Positions 43,395-54,483 of a stretch of 64,000 nucleotides of DNA are shown here, one piece after another. A program made the position numbers and the translations under genes. How positions within the stretch are numbered: the stretch's first letter is position 1; every line of letters begins with the position of its first letter. The notes beneath the pieces are model-generated. The model was not told where the DNA came from. It saw only the letters and a list, made by a program, of their open reading frames with translations, and made no database searches. The DNA comes from a virus. Its lineage: Duplodnaviria > Caudoviricetes. The DNA lies in IMG/VR virus record IMGVR_UViG_3300001528_000360, positions 32,001 through 96,000 of that record; one strand, given 5' to 3'.

Positions 43395-43883
43395 ATGGAA
43401 ATTGAAAGAAAATGGTTAATCCAAAAACTTCCTAATAAAGATCATTTTGCTAAAGAAGAGAGATACCAAGGGTATCTCTCTTTAATTCCAGAAGTTCGTA
43501 TTAGTAGAACTATTAGTATGAATATTTTTATTGATAAACTCACTGTAAAAGGAGAAGGAACTCTTAGTCGTGAAGAAATTGAAACGTATATACCTAATAA
43601 ATTCTTTGATGAAATAAGTGAATTTATTGAAAGAACTAATAATACAAAATTAATTCATAAAGACAGATACTTATACACGCATGGTCCATATACCATTGAA
43701 TGCAATATTGTAGGTAAAGGAACTAATTATGAATTTATGTATGCAGAAGTAGAATTTAAGTCTGAAGATGATGCAGAAAATTTTGTATTTCCTTTCCCTG
43801 AATGTGATCCTGTTGATATTACAGGATATTCAAATTATAAAATGAGGAACTATTGGAAAAAGTATCATTTAAAAGAAGATTGA
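43395..43883 (+). CDS. CYTH-domain (triphosphate tunnel) protein
   Basis: MEIERKWL, QGYL, REEIE, YAEVEF. Confidence 0.85.
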   Translation: MEIERKWLIQKLPNKDHFAKEERYQGYLSLIPEVRISRTISMNIFIDKLTVKGEGTLSREEIETYIPNKFFDEISEFIERTNNTKLIHKDRYLYTHGPYTIECNIVGKGTNYEFMYAEVEFKSEDDAENFVFPFPECDPVDITGYSNYKMRNYWKKYHLKED

Positions 43884-44142
43884 AAGTGAAAGGTAATTGA
43901 CTAATATGCTCGATTGGCTTTGGATCTGGATAGGCAATTGGCCTATGTGGTTAAAACTATTAAGCACATTAATAATTTTAACAGTGTCTATGGGTAATGT
44001 ATTTCAGCATATATCTGAAAAGAATTTTTATGATGCTGCATTTTAAGTAATTATAGCTATTATTTTTATGGCAATATTTTTAACAAAATTTTTATTCCCT
44101 ATTTTAGGTATATATTATTAAGATATAGAGGAGGATACTAAT

Positions 44143-44382
44143 ATGTCAACTAGAATTACTAAAACCACTATTGAAGAATATAATGATAATGGTAAACTCG
44201 TAAAAAGAACCATTAGTGAAGTAACAGAAGAAATTAATGATAATTTAGGATTGAACCCTGTTGATCCTATTGTTACATATAAGAGTGATTTAGGCTCTAC
44301 AGGAAACGGGTATACTATTGATCCTAGTAGTGAGTGTACTGGTATTTTAAATAATCCTTTTGGAACTACAGAGATTAATTAA
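44143..44382 (+). CDS. Hypothetical protein
   Basis: GAGGAGG RBS; early-promoter motif at 44109. Confidence 0.65.
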   Translation: MSTRITKTTIEEYNDNGKLVKRTISEVTEEINDNLGLNPVDPIVTYKSDLGSTGNGYTIDPSSECTGILNNPFGTTEIN

Positions 44383-44394
44383 AATAGGTGATTT

Positions 44395-44874
44395 TTGATG
44401 GCAGATAAATATATTGTATATACAGATGGAGGATGCGATTCTAATCCTGGAGGAAGAGGTGGATATGCTGCAATAATTTTAAAAGATACAATTCCAATGT
44501 TTGTAACAGGGTATGAAAATAATACTACTAATCAACGTATGGAATTGAAAGCAGCAATCATCGGATTAAAGTTCATTGGTCGTCCATCTGAAATCAAGTT
44601 ATTTTCAGATTCCGCTTATGTATGTAATTGTTTTCAAAGTAAGTGGTATGAAGCTTGGGAAAAAAATGGTTGGAAGAATGCAAAGAAGGAACCTGTAGCA
44701 AACAAAGAATTGTGGGAAATTCTAATTAAGTTAGTAAAGTTTCATGAGTCTGTTGAATTTATTAAAGTAAAGGGTCATGCAAATGATCTTTTAAATAATA
44801 AATGCGATGAGAATGCTACAGATATTGTTAGATTTAAGCGAGAGCTAGATAAGATTATCAGTGAACAAGAATAA
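44395..44874 (+). CDS. rnhA: Ribonuclease HI
   Basis: YTDGG..NPG.GG, TTNQRMEL, SDSAYV, VKGH..NKCD. Confidence 0.93.
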   Translation: MMADKYIVYTDGGCDSNPGGRGGYAAIILKDTIPMFVTGYENNTTNQRMELKAAIIGLKFIGRPSEIKLFSDSAYVCNCFQSKWYEAWEKNGWKNAKKEPVANKELWEILIKLVKFHESVEFIKVKGHANDLLNNKCDENATDIVRFKRELDKIISEQE

Positions 44875-44888
44875 TTAAGGGAGATAGT

Positions 44889-46387
44889 ATGAATACATAT
44901 AATGTTAAATGTACTGAAGCATATGACGGAAAGAAATTTTATGGTAATAATTCTGAAAGTGTATGTGAAAAATATGAAAATATCCGAAGAGATATTTTGA
45001 AAAAGAATATTTTAGGAAAAGCAATTATTATATTTACTCGTGATAGAGAAAGTGATTTTTATGTATATTATTTAAATCATGATGAAGAAACTATTAAATC
45101 ATTAAATGAATGGGCAAAACTAAATAACTATAAGACTACTGATAATGGCTGGAAAGATGATAAATTTATAACATTTGATGATACAAAAGAAAAAGAATGG
45201 ATCCATATTGCTTCAATTGATAATGGCTGGAGATATTGTTTTGGGTTAAGTCCTGAAGCTGTTATTGAAAATGCTACTAAATTTCTTAATAAAATTAATA
45301 ATATAAAAATTGATAAATTAGATAATATAAGAAGTAATAATGATGGATTAAAGTTCTCTGATAAACCTTATGAATTCTTTTATAATGAAAATTAGGAGGA
45401 AAATATGTTTAAAGTTATTTGTATTGATAGGACTTCAGAGTTTTATAATAAAGTATTTGAAGTTTATGACGTTGTCCCTATTGATTACACTCACAATCCT
45501 TATTTTTTAATTTATCAAAGAGAGTGGTGTTTTAAGAATGCTAAATACTTTAAGCCATATAAAGAGCCTGTAGGTAAGGTAGCTTCAACTGTCATTGATC
45601 AAGATGAACAAATGACAGATCAAGAGCTCACTAAAGCATCTAAAAAATATTACCCGATAACAGGAAATGATAACAACTCTGCTATTTATAAAATGAATGA
45701 TAATCTTCCAACACTTGAAGTTTATCGTGCTTCACATGTTAATACATTTAATGTATCTACTGAGTCAGGTCCTTTGTTTAAATGCCCTAAATGCGGTGCA
45801 GGAATGTATAAAGATTTAACTAAGGTTCTAGCATCATATCCTCCAAAATATGAATATAGCTGTAAAAATTGTAATCATATTGAGTATCTTGAGTTTTAAG
45901 AGGATTTGTTATGAAAAATGAAAATTTAACTGTTAAAGAAATTAATGAAAAAATTACTGAACTTAAAACAATATTATACTCTGCTAAACAACGAGAAATT
46001 AAAGAGCTAAAAGAAAAAGCAAAGAAAAATATTGGTCGTTGTTTTATTACAAATGGAAACTATGCAAAAATCATTGATATTCCTAAAGAAGAATATACAA
46101 GACTAGATATTAATTTCAATCAGTATCAATATCCAGCACTAATTATTGGACATGATCCTAGAAAGAAAAGCTATGATTATGTAAAATTTGAAACTGTCCA
46201 AGATATCTTTCCATTTAGAGATGTTATACCTTTTTATTATGGTACTTTCTTTTATGATGAAAATAATAAAAATCATCCTTTATACAAATACACAGAAATC
46301 ACACCTGAAGAATTTAACAATGAATTTGATAGAGTTTTAAAGGAATTTGAACTTAGTATTATTAATATTAATAGAAAGGATATGTAA
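44889..46387 (+). CDS. Three hypothetical proteins (44889..45395; 45405..45899 with C-terminal Zn ribbon; 45911..46387)
   Basis: ORFs with RBSs; CPKC..CKNC in the second. Confidence 0.65.
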
Positions 46388-46389
46388 GA

Positions 46390-46961
46390 ATGATTAATAA
46401 GTATAGGAAGAAGCCCGTAACTATTGAGGCTGTAAAATTTACAAGAAATAATTTTGATGAAATTCTAGAATTTACTCAAGGTAAAGCTAAACAATTTACA
46501 ATTGAGCGTAGAATTGATGGTAAATGTTTCTGTGTTATTCCTACTTTAGAAGGAGATCATGTTGCTACTGAAGGTGATTTTATTATCAAAGGTGTAAATG
46601 GTGAATTTTATCCTTGTAAACCTGATATCTTTGATAAAACTTATGAACTTGAGGTATAAGTATTATGATTAAAACATATGCAAAGAGACCTCCAACTATT
46701 CAGGCTATTCAATATACTGGAGATAATATTGATGAAATTAATGAATTTCTTGAGATCAATAGTAAATGTGAATACATTAGTAAAGTAATTAATGGTAGAA
46801 AAGTTAATTATGCTGTATTTAAAAATATTTACGGATGTTGTATTGATGGAAATGTTGATATTGGAGACTATGTTATTAAAAATAATTCTGGTATAATTTA
46901 CTCTTGTAAACCTGATGTTTTTGAAAAAACATATTACGAAATTGAAACTAGTAATAAATAA
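46390..46961 (+). CDS. Tandem paralogous small phage proteins (46390..46659, 46665..46961)
   Basis: Both have Y.K.P.TI.A, GD..IK and CKPD.F.KTY. Confidence 0.75.
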
Positions 46962-47016
46962 TTTTGGTTTAAACTTTATATTAAATACTTTTTTAAAATT
47001 AGGAGGAGCATAAGCT

Positions 47017-47826
47017 ATGGCTAATTTATTTGGAACGAAACAGAATAACGATAATAATGGAGATAATCGCAAGAGTGTAAATACTAGAATTTATCAGTTT
47101 AAGAATAAGGATGGATTTGAGCCGTCTGCACTTCAGGTTACTGGTTGGGATGAAATGCTTTCTTTAAGAATTAATCCTGCTCTTGAACCTAGTAAGCAGA
47201 CTAAGGATCAGGTCTTCGATTACGAGAGATTTGTTGCGACATCTTTGAATATGGAAAAAGCAATGCTTCTTCTGTACAAGATTAACAATGATATTATCCC
47301 TGCAATTGAAAAGAATGAAGAGAAGAATGTCGGTATTAGTGTTGGTGGCGATAGTCTGGTAACTGTTGGTACTGGTAAGAAAATTACTGGTTCCATTAGA
47401 CCTTATATTGCCATCCATAAGGGACTGAATCCTGAAACTAAGAAAGCCGAACAGTCTATTTATTATGAATTTAAGAGTTCTATGACTATTGATGACTATG
47501 ATGAGAAGACTGGTGAGTATACAGTTCATGAAGGTTATGACGCTGAGTTTAAGCTTTTCATTGAACTTCTTAAGTCTTTCATCTTTACATCTAATTTTGC
47601 CGGTCATAGTGTAAGATATAATTCACGTTTTGTGAATGATAAGATTATTAATACAACTACTGCTATTGCTAATAAGGTTGGTGCTAATACCGGCTTTAGT
47701 GGCGGCGGTTTTAGAAATAATGTATTTGGGTCCCAGAATTCTAGCAGTAATAAGACGAGTTCTTATAACTCTGATTCTGCTAAGATTGAAGAGATTGGTG
47801 ACCTTAACGATCTCATGAATGAGTAA
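47017..47826 (+). CDS. Putative single-stranded DNA-binding protein
   Basis: High codon bias, beta-rich core, Gly/Ser/Asn linker and acidic tail (IEEIGDLNDLMNE); function inferred only. Confidence 0.4.
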   Translation: MANLFGTKQNNDNNGDNRKSVNTRIYQFKNKDGFEPSALQVTGWDEMLSLRINPALEPSKQTKDQVFDYERFVATSLNMEKAMLLLYKINNDIIPAIEKNEEKNVGISVGGDSLVTVGTGKKITGSIRPYIAIHKGLNPETKKAEQSIYYEFKSSMTIDDYDEKTGEYTVHEGYDAEFKLFIELLKSFIFTSNFAGHSVRYNSRFVNDKIINTTTAIANKVGANTGFSGGGFRNNVFGSQNSSSNKTSSYNSDSAKIEEIGDLNDLMNE

Positions 47827-47904
47827 TATTTATAGTGGTAATAGATAACTTCTATTACCACTATATTTTTTTGTATAAGTTTTTTATAAAGGAAGTGAAT
47901 TCAT

Positions 47905-48621
47905 ATGCCTATGAATCAATTCGCCTCTCAAAAAGAGGTATTATTTATTACATATGAAGATGTTATTAAAACTACTAAATTATATATATTAAAGAAATTA
48001 TTAGAAGAGGAATATAAATCTTGTTATAAAGATTTTATTGATTATTCTAAAATTGAAGGAAAAAATGATAATGACCTTATGGGAGTTATCACAGCTTCTA
48101 CAGATATAAACATTTTGAAATACTTATCTATATCAGAATTTGATTATGATGTAACTTATACAGATTTATTATTAACATATCCTGAGTGTATAGAAAAATC
48201 TAAGCTATTAACATTCGGAGAATCAATTCATGTGTTAATGAAACAGAGCTTTTTAAATCATATTTATATTTATAGTAAGTTTTATGATGAAAATATTGAG
48301 AAAGATATTATGAATAATTATGGTACAACAATGATTTCTTATGTTACAGGAGATTTTAAAGAAGCAGTTTCTTCTGTTCCTAGTGAAAATAGAATTACCT
48401 CATTTATTTTAAATGATATTAATTATGTACAGATTTTACTCGATTTAGATAAAGTAGCTTATACTAATTTGCTAATTGCAAATTATGGATATAATTATAA
48501 GTTGAATAAAGATGGAATTCCTATCTTAAAACTTGATAAGATAGATGATTTAGGAAAAGACCGAATTTTTAAATTAGGAATGTTTACTCCTGATAATTCA
48601 GCAACATATAATACGAAATAA
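47905..48621 (+). CDS. Hypothetical protein
   Basis: 238-aa ORF with RBS. Confidence 0.7.
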   Translation: MPMNQFASQKEVLFITYEDVIKTTKLYILKKLLEEEYKSCYKDFIDYSKIEGKNDNDLMGVITASTDINILKYLSISEFDYDVTYTDLLLTYPECIEKSKLLTFGESIHVLMKQSFLNHIYIYSKFYDENIEKDIMNNYGTTMISYVTGDFKEAVSSVPSENRITSFILNDINYVQILLDLDKVAYTNLLIANYGYNYKLNKDGIPILKLDKIDDLGKDRIFKLGMFTPDNSATYNTK

Positions 48622-48683
48622 TTCACTTTTTAACATTGTATTAAGTGATGTCCCTATATAAAATTGAGAGGAGAAATATAAAA

Positions 48684-50348
48684 ATGTCTAATATTTCTTG
48701 GAATGTAATTTCTGAAACTGAATTTAAAACAAAGATCAATTCTGTATTTGATCAGGTTAGTAAAGCCTTGACTAAGACTCTAGGACCTTATGGTTCTACT
48801 ACTATTATTGAAAAGTATGGTGAATGTCATATTACAAAAGATGGATGGCAGGTATTGAAGAATATTAGATTTGAAGATACTGTCAGTAATAACATTCTGA
48901 TGCTTCTTCTTAGAATCAGTGCTCAGGTTGTTATTAAAGTTGGTGATGGTTCTACCACTTCTATTGTTGCTGCTGATTCTATTCTTAAGGAATTAAAGGC
49001 ACATGAAAGTATCATTAATAAGATGAGACCTAAGGAGTTCATGGCAACTCTTCAGAATTGTGTAAATTATCTTGTTGATGAGATTTACAATAATGCTAAG
49101 AAGGTTAATCGTGATACCTTTGAAGATATTTATAAGCTTGCTTATATTTCTACAAATGGTGACGATCAAATTTCTAAGATTATTCAGGATATCTATATTA
49201 AGACAAACAATCCTTCTATTGAGTATATTAAGTCTAAGACGGATCAGACTACATATGAGGTTCTTGATGGATATCGTGGTAATATTACATATATTGATAA
49301 TATTTTCACTACGAATGACGATGGTACCTGTGTCATTAATAATCCGTATGTGATTATGTTTGATCATAAGATTGATATTGAGCATTCTCTTAAGCTTATT
49401 TCTGAGGTTGCTACTAAGGCTGCTGAAGATAATAGACGAGTAGTTGTTGTTGCTCCGAATTATGATAAGTTCTTACTTGATTACATCCGTAAGAATATTG
49501 TTATTGAGTATAAGAGCAGAGGTACTTCTACTATTGTTTATACTCGTGCATCTCTTGTGAATAATGTTTCTCATGAGCTGTATAACGACTTTGCTATTAT
49601 GAGCGGTGCTCAGGTTATTAGTGAACAGTTCATTGATGAACTTGATGAACATCCTGAAACTGTCTTTGATTATGTCGGTGAAGTTGAGAATATGGTTATC
49701 TCTGAAAAGACTACTTTCATCAAAGGTTTCTATAAGCGTAATGATAACCTTTATAAGAAAGCTCTTGAGGATGCAACTGCTAAGTATAATAAGCTTCTTG
49801 ATGAGAATCAGAAGAAGGGTATTGTTGATATTAAGTTGAATGAAGTTAAGCAGAGAGTTACTAAGCTTCAGGGTATGATGGGTATTATTAGTGTTGGTGG
49901 TAATTCTGAGTTAGAGAAAACTGCTAATTACGATCTTGTCGAAGATGCTGTTAAGGCTTGTGAGTCTGCTTATACTCATGGATATAATATTGGTGGATCT
50001 CTTACCATTCCTTATATTATCAATGTATTGAGAAAGAAGGAAGGTGATATTGATCCTAATACAGATGAAATGTTCTCTATTATTTATAGAGCATTTATTA
50101 ATGTATTTAAGACAATTCTTAAGAATAAGTATCCCGATGGTGACGATACATTCTTCAATGACATTATTACCAGATGTATTGAAAGTGATGAACCTATTTG
50201 TTATGATCTGATTACAGATTCTTATTCTAAGGATATCATTAATTCGTGTGAAACAGATATTGAGATTTTGAAGGCTACTGCCTCTATTATCTCTCTTTTG
50301 ACCTCTAGTAATCAGTATATTTCCATTATGACTGAGAACGGTAAGTAA
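48684..50348 (+). CDS. GroEL-like phage chaperonin
   Basis: TLGPYG, ITKDG, VGDGSTTS, ISVGGNSELE, VEDA; late promoter at 48632. Confidence 0.9.
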   Translation: MSNISWNVISETEFKTKINSVFDQVSKALTKTLGPYGSTTIIEKYGECHITKDGWQVLKNIRFEDTVSNNILMLLLRISAQVVIKVGDGSTTSIVAADSILKELKAHESIINKMRPKEFMATLQNCVNYLVDEIYNNAKKVNRDTFEDIYKLAYISTNGDDQISKIIQDIYIKTNNPSIEYIKSKTDQTTYEVLDGYRGNITYIDNIFTTNDDGTCVINNPYVIMFDHKIDIEHSLKLISEVATKAAEDNRRVVVVAPNYDKFLLDYIRKNIVIEYKSRGTSTIVYTRASLVNNVSHELYNDFAIMSGAQVISEQFIDELDEHPETVFDYVGEVENMVISEKTTFIKGFYKRNDNLYKKALEDATAKYNKLLDENQKKGIVDIKLNEVKQRVTKLQGMMGIISVGGNSELEKTANYDLVEDAVKACESAYTHGYNIGGSLTIPYIINVLRKKEGDIDPNTDEMFSIIYRAFINVFKTILKNKYPDGDDTFFNDIITRCIESDEPICYDLITDSYSKDIINSCETDIEILKATASIISLLTSSNQYISIMTENGK

Positions 50349-50420
50349 GTAATAGAAAAATACACAGGAGTTGAAAAACTCCTGTGTATTAACTATACCT
50401 TATAAAGAAAGGAGGACACT

Positions 50421-51206
50421 ATGTTTATTCCACAAACATTATCAGAGTATATTGATAACCCTATGGGTAAAGGTTCTACTGCAATTGCAAATAGAAATCT
50501 TATTAAATCTGATTTAGATAGCAGATATAATAAGCTTCTGGAAAAGCATAAAGATTTTAAACATACTATGTATTATGATGTAAATACATTTTATGCTCAT
50601 ATTTTAATTCCTAGTGAATCTGAAAGAAATAACACATATGATGTAGTTATTCAATTTGTACCTTTAGAAAAAGAAGTAATTCAAGATGTTAATCTTAATA
50701 GATATTGCATTAAGGTATTTAGTAATTGTCCTAGTTTTACTTATACTTATGCATATGTCTATAATGACTATGATATGATGATTGATTTTTTAAGAAATAA
50801 ATATCGTAATCAGGTTTTACAAGATAATCCTATTGTCAAGAATCCTGGTGAAATTATTAACTTTGAGAAATCAATTTATTTTGCAGCTAAGTATATTCAA
50901 TCAAATAAAACTTTGATGAATAAATTTACGTTAGCATCTATTGCTAAACGTATGAATAAAGTAGAATTTGCAAAAACGATTAGAAATACAGATACTATTG
51001 AATTAGAAATTAAAAAAGAAAATAATCGTTTGAAGAATGAAAAAGAAGAGAATTTAAAAAAGCTTAGAGCAAAACTTGAAAAACCTAACAATGGAAGACC
51101 TGTTCATAAAATAGCAGGAACTAAAAAAGAAAAAGAAAATAAGAATCACTATATTACTCCTCATCCAAAGATTAAGGGGAAACCTAAGATTAAAAGAACA
51201 AAATAA
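50421..51206 (+). CDS. Hypothetical protein with basic C-terminal tail
   Basis: AGGAGG RBS; 261 aa. Confidence 0.7.
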   Translation: MFIPQTLSEYIDNPMGKGSTAIANRNLIKSDLDSRYNKLLEKHKDFKHTMYYDVNTFYAHILIPSESERNNTYDVVIQFVPLEKEVIQDVNLNRYCIKVFSNCPSFTYTYAYVYNDYDMMIDFLRNKYRNQVLQDNPIVKNPGEIINFEKSIYFAAKYIQSNKTLMNKFTLASIAKRMNKVEFAKTIRNTDTIELEIKKENNRLKNEKEENLKKLRAKLEKPNNGRPVHKIAGTKKEKENKNHYITPHPKIKGKPKIKRTK

Positions 51207-51242
51207 TTTTTAGGTATATATTATATATATGATAAACAAAAA

Positions 51243-54200
51243 ATGAGGAGGGACGTGTTTGTGAGCAACAACAAAGAATTCATCCGTATAGATGAATGGA
51301 GCCCGACAAAACGTGATAACATAATCCTATATGATGGAAAACTTATTGTTATTCCTTTTGATAAGATATTCAATCGCCAGAATAATGAGGCTTTGAATAA
51401 TTTTATTATTAAGAAGGAATCTTATGTAAAAAAGTTAGATCACATCACACACTACATCAATTATTTTATTAAATATTATGATGATGATAACGAGTTACTG
51501 TTATCATATTTAAAGTTAAAATTCTTAATTGACAATAAGTCAAATAATATTCCTATTAGTACTTTCATTAAATTAGTATATAATATTCTTCTTACTGATT
51601 CTATGATTGAAAAAATTAATAAGTTAGTAGAAGATAATTATTATATTGATTTATCTCCTGAAGATACTAATAAGAAGTATAATGAAACACTTGAGTTTAC
51701 AGAAGAACATGCAAAAGTTTTAATGTCAATTTCAATGGCTATGAAACTTATGGTTCCTGTAATGTTTCATTATCTTAATTCTTATGGTCTTATCAAAGAA
51801 AGATCATATATATTCAGATTCTATGAAGGTCTTTTTGATACATTCGGAAATAATATTGATATCTATAATAAGTTATGGGTATCTATCTATGCAAAAGTAA
51901 ATGTCAACTATGTGAGAAATAGCGTTATCTGGGAACAACGCGAGATTAACTAAAAATAGTCTCGATCATATAGCAATATATGATTAGAAACCTCTTTAAT
52001 TGCTGGGAAATCTAAACAAGTAATGTTGTAGACAATCAGCAGCCAAGACTTATTTATATAAGTAAGGTTCAACGACTATCGAAAGCATATCTATAAAAGA
52101 AATTTTATAGAGAAGAAGTGAGTAGAGTACACATATTTATTATATGTGGAAATGGGAGGCTCTTTATATATGGTTATAGTGTATAAAGATGAAGATATAG
52201 TCTATTCCTTATAGAAATATAAGGTATCAAAGATTTGGTGTTAACGCTTTAACTCATATGACTGAATTACTTAAAGATAAAATTATTTCTGAAACTATTT
52301 TCAAATATGAATTCAATAAGAACATTGTGTCGTTAACTAATTAAGCGACATATGTATAGTAATATACATTAGCAACTCTCTTAATTGCTGGGAAATCTAA
52401 ACAAGTAATGTTGTAGATAATCAGCAGCCAAATAATTATACAAATCAAATTTACAAAAAATAAAAAAAAATAATATTGAATGGAGGTGAAAACATGAGTA
52501 AAGAAATATGGACAAAAATATATTATAATAATGAAAAGTTACACTATAGTGTTAGCGATTGTGGACAAATCAGAAATGATAAGACAGGTAATATTTTAGC
52601 ACAATCATCAGATGATAATAATTATAAATTTATAACATTAGAATTAAATGATGGAACTCGTAAAATGTTTAGAGTTCATAGATTAGTTGCTAGTATGTTT
52701 ATGCCTGTTCGTTGTTCTGATGAAATAGAAGTTAATCATAAAGATGGCAATACTTCAAATAATAATATTGAAAATTTAGAATGGTGTACTCATGCTGAAA
52801 ATATGAAACATGCTAATGCTAATAACTTAATTAAGCGTAATACAGGTGACGATCATCCAGGATGTAAATATTCTGATAAATTTATTGATGATGTAGTATC
52901 ATTAATGAGACAAGGTTTAAATAATAGGGAAATTTGTGATAGATTAAATATTAAATCAAATCATAAATTAATAGCATTATTTACTAGTATTAGAAAAGGT
53001 AGAGGAAGATTAAAATCTACTAAAAACTTTGATGATATTCCTTCACATTCATCTAAGAAAAAATGGGATGAAAAATTTGTTAAAGATATATGCAAATTAT
53101 TATCAAAAGGATATTCTACATTAGAAGTTGCAAGTAGATTAGATTTAACTGGTAAATCATCTACTGAAGTTAAAGCATTAATTAGAGACATCAAAAAAGG
53201 TAAACGATTTAAAAGTATTGGAATTACATATGATTTGTATAATTAAAGGTTCAACGACTATCGAAAGGATACTATAAGAGAAATACTTATAGGAGTAACC
53301 GAGTAGAGTACACTTCAAGTGAAGTGGAAATGGAGAGCATCTTATATATGGTAACAGTATATAAGATGAAGATATAGTCTAATCTCTATAGTAATATAGA
53401 GCAGTTCTATTTTTAGAACGATATAAGAGTAACGATCTTATATAAATACTAATGTTAATTATGTTGTTATTGATAAGCAGTTAAGATTCTTTTTGGTTGA
53501 GCCATACAAGCTCAATAGAATCGAGTTATCTGCACATCGAGATGCAAGCGGATTGTCTGGGTAAAGTTTAGCTCAGTATAAACTCTCTTAAATGCTGGAA
53601 AGTCTTTTATAAGATGATCAGCAGCCAAGACTTATTTATATAAGTAAGGTTCAACGACTAGGTGAAAACCGTACATCCAAGTGGATGGAAATGGAGAGCA
53701 TCTTAAATAAGATGAAGATATAGTCTGGTCTCTATAGAAATATAGAGCAGTTCTTAAATGAACGGTATAGAAAGTAACGAGTCTATACGAACATAACATA
53801 GACAAATTAGAAATGAACGCTGCAAAAATCGATGAAAGCACAGTAATTTTATCTAACATCAATATTAAAAAGACACTTAAAAGAATCAAGAATAAAATGC
53901 ATATAGATATTTCTAAAGAGGAAATTGAATATTATAAGCATAATTTGAATATTACTAAATTCCAATCTCAATTAGTATTCTATTATTATGCAAAGTATTT
54001 TAATGGATATAGAGACCTGAATTTGTTAAATAGAACTCAATATCTGAAATTGTTAATCATGTTAAAGAAGAGATTACAGTTTCAATCTTATGTATATCTT
54101 CCGCAGATTATATCCTCTAATGTTGAAAGTAAGCTGAATAGTAGAACGATAAGAAATGATAAGTTCTTAACTAAGATTCAAAGTTCGGCTATTTATCAAC

Positions 54201-54394
54201 ATATTATTCAGGATAAATATTCTGCATTGAATGATATTGGAAAAGAAGATTTAATAATTAATATGCTGTCTACATTGTTGAATACATCATTCACATTTGT
54301 AGATTATGATAATAAAGAAGCATTAGGAAAAACAATAGAAGTAAATCAGGATGTTATTTCTGATGAATTTTTGAATTTCTTAAATCAGTTATAA
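51243..54394 (+). CDS. ~500-aa helical protein, possibly the non-virion RNAP promoter-specificity subunit; join(51243..51946,52233..52333,53455..53562,53799..54394)
   Basis: Removing three introns gives one continuous frame (EI-FGVN, IVS-FNYV, LSG-LDKLEM). The functional call rests only on size, early promoter and context. Confidence 0.55.
51947..52232 (+). mobile_element. Group I intron 1 of the 51243 gene (286 nt)
   Basis: P1 CGAGAU/GUCUCG; P/Q/R/S; terminal G. Confidence 0.88.
52334..53454 (+). mobile_element. Group I intron 2 of the 51243 gene (1121 nt) carrying a homing endonuclease
   Basis: P1 UGUCGU/GCGACA, P10 UAAUUAA/UUAAUUA; ORF inserted between Q and R. Confidence 0.9.
52494..53246 (+). 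CDS. Intron-encoded HNH homing endonuclease (NUMOD4 + HNH, I-HmuI-like)
   Basis: YSVSDCGQIRN, VHRLVA, VNHKDGNTSNNNIENLEWCTHAEN; GGAGGTG RBS. Confidence 0.9.
   Translation: MSKEIWTKIYYNNEKLHYSVSDCGQIRNDKTGNILAQSSDDNNYKFITLELNDGTRKMFRVHRLVASMFMPVRCSDEIEVNHKDGNTSNNNIENLEWCTHAENMKHANANNLIKRNTGDDHPGCKYSDKFIDDVVSLMRQGLNNREICDRLNIKSNHKLIALFTSIRKGRGRLKSTKNFDDIPSHSSKKKWDEKFVKDICKLLSKGYSTLEVASRLDLTGKSSTEVKALIRDIKKGKRFKSIGITYDLYN
53563..53798 (+). mobile_element. Group I intron 3 of the 51243 gene (236 nt; 3' end at 53798 A or 53801 G)
   Basis: P1 CUGGGU/GCUCAG; P/Q/R/S; 3' splice site ambiguous. Confidence 0.85.
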
Positions 54395-54483
54395 AAAATA
54401 TTTTTGCGCAAAAATATTTTACAGTCTCTATAGGGTGAACAACCCTATAGAGATTATTTTTTGTCATAAAGGAGATAATATAT

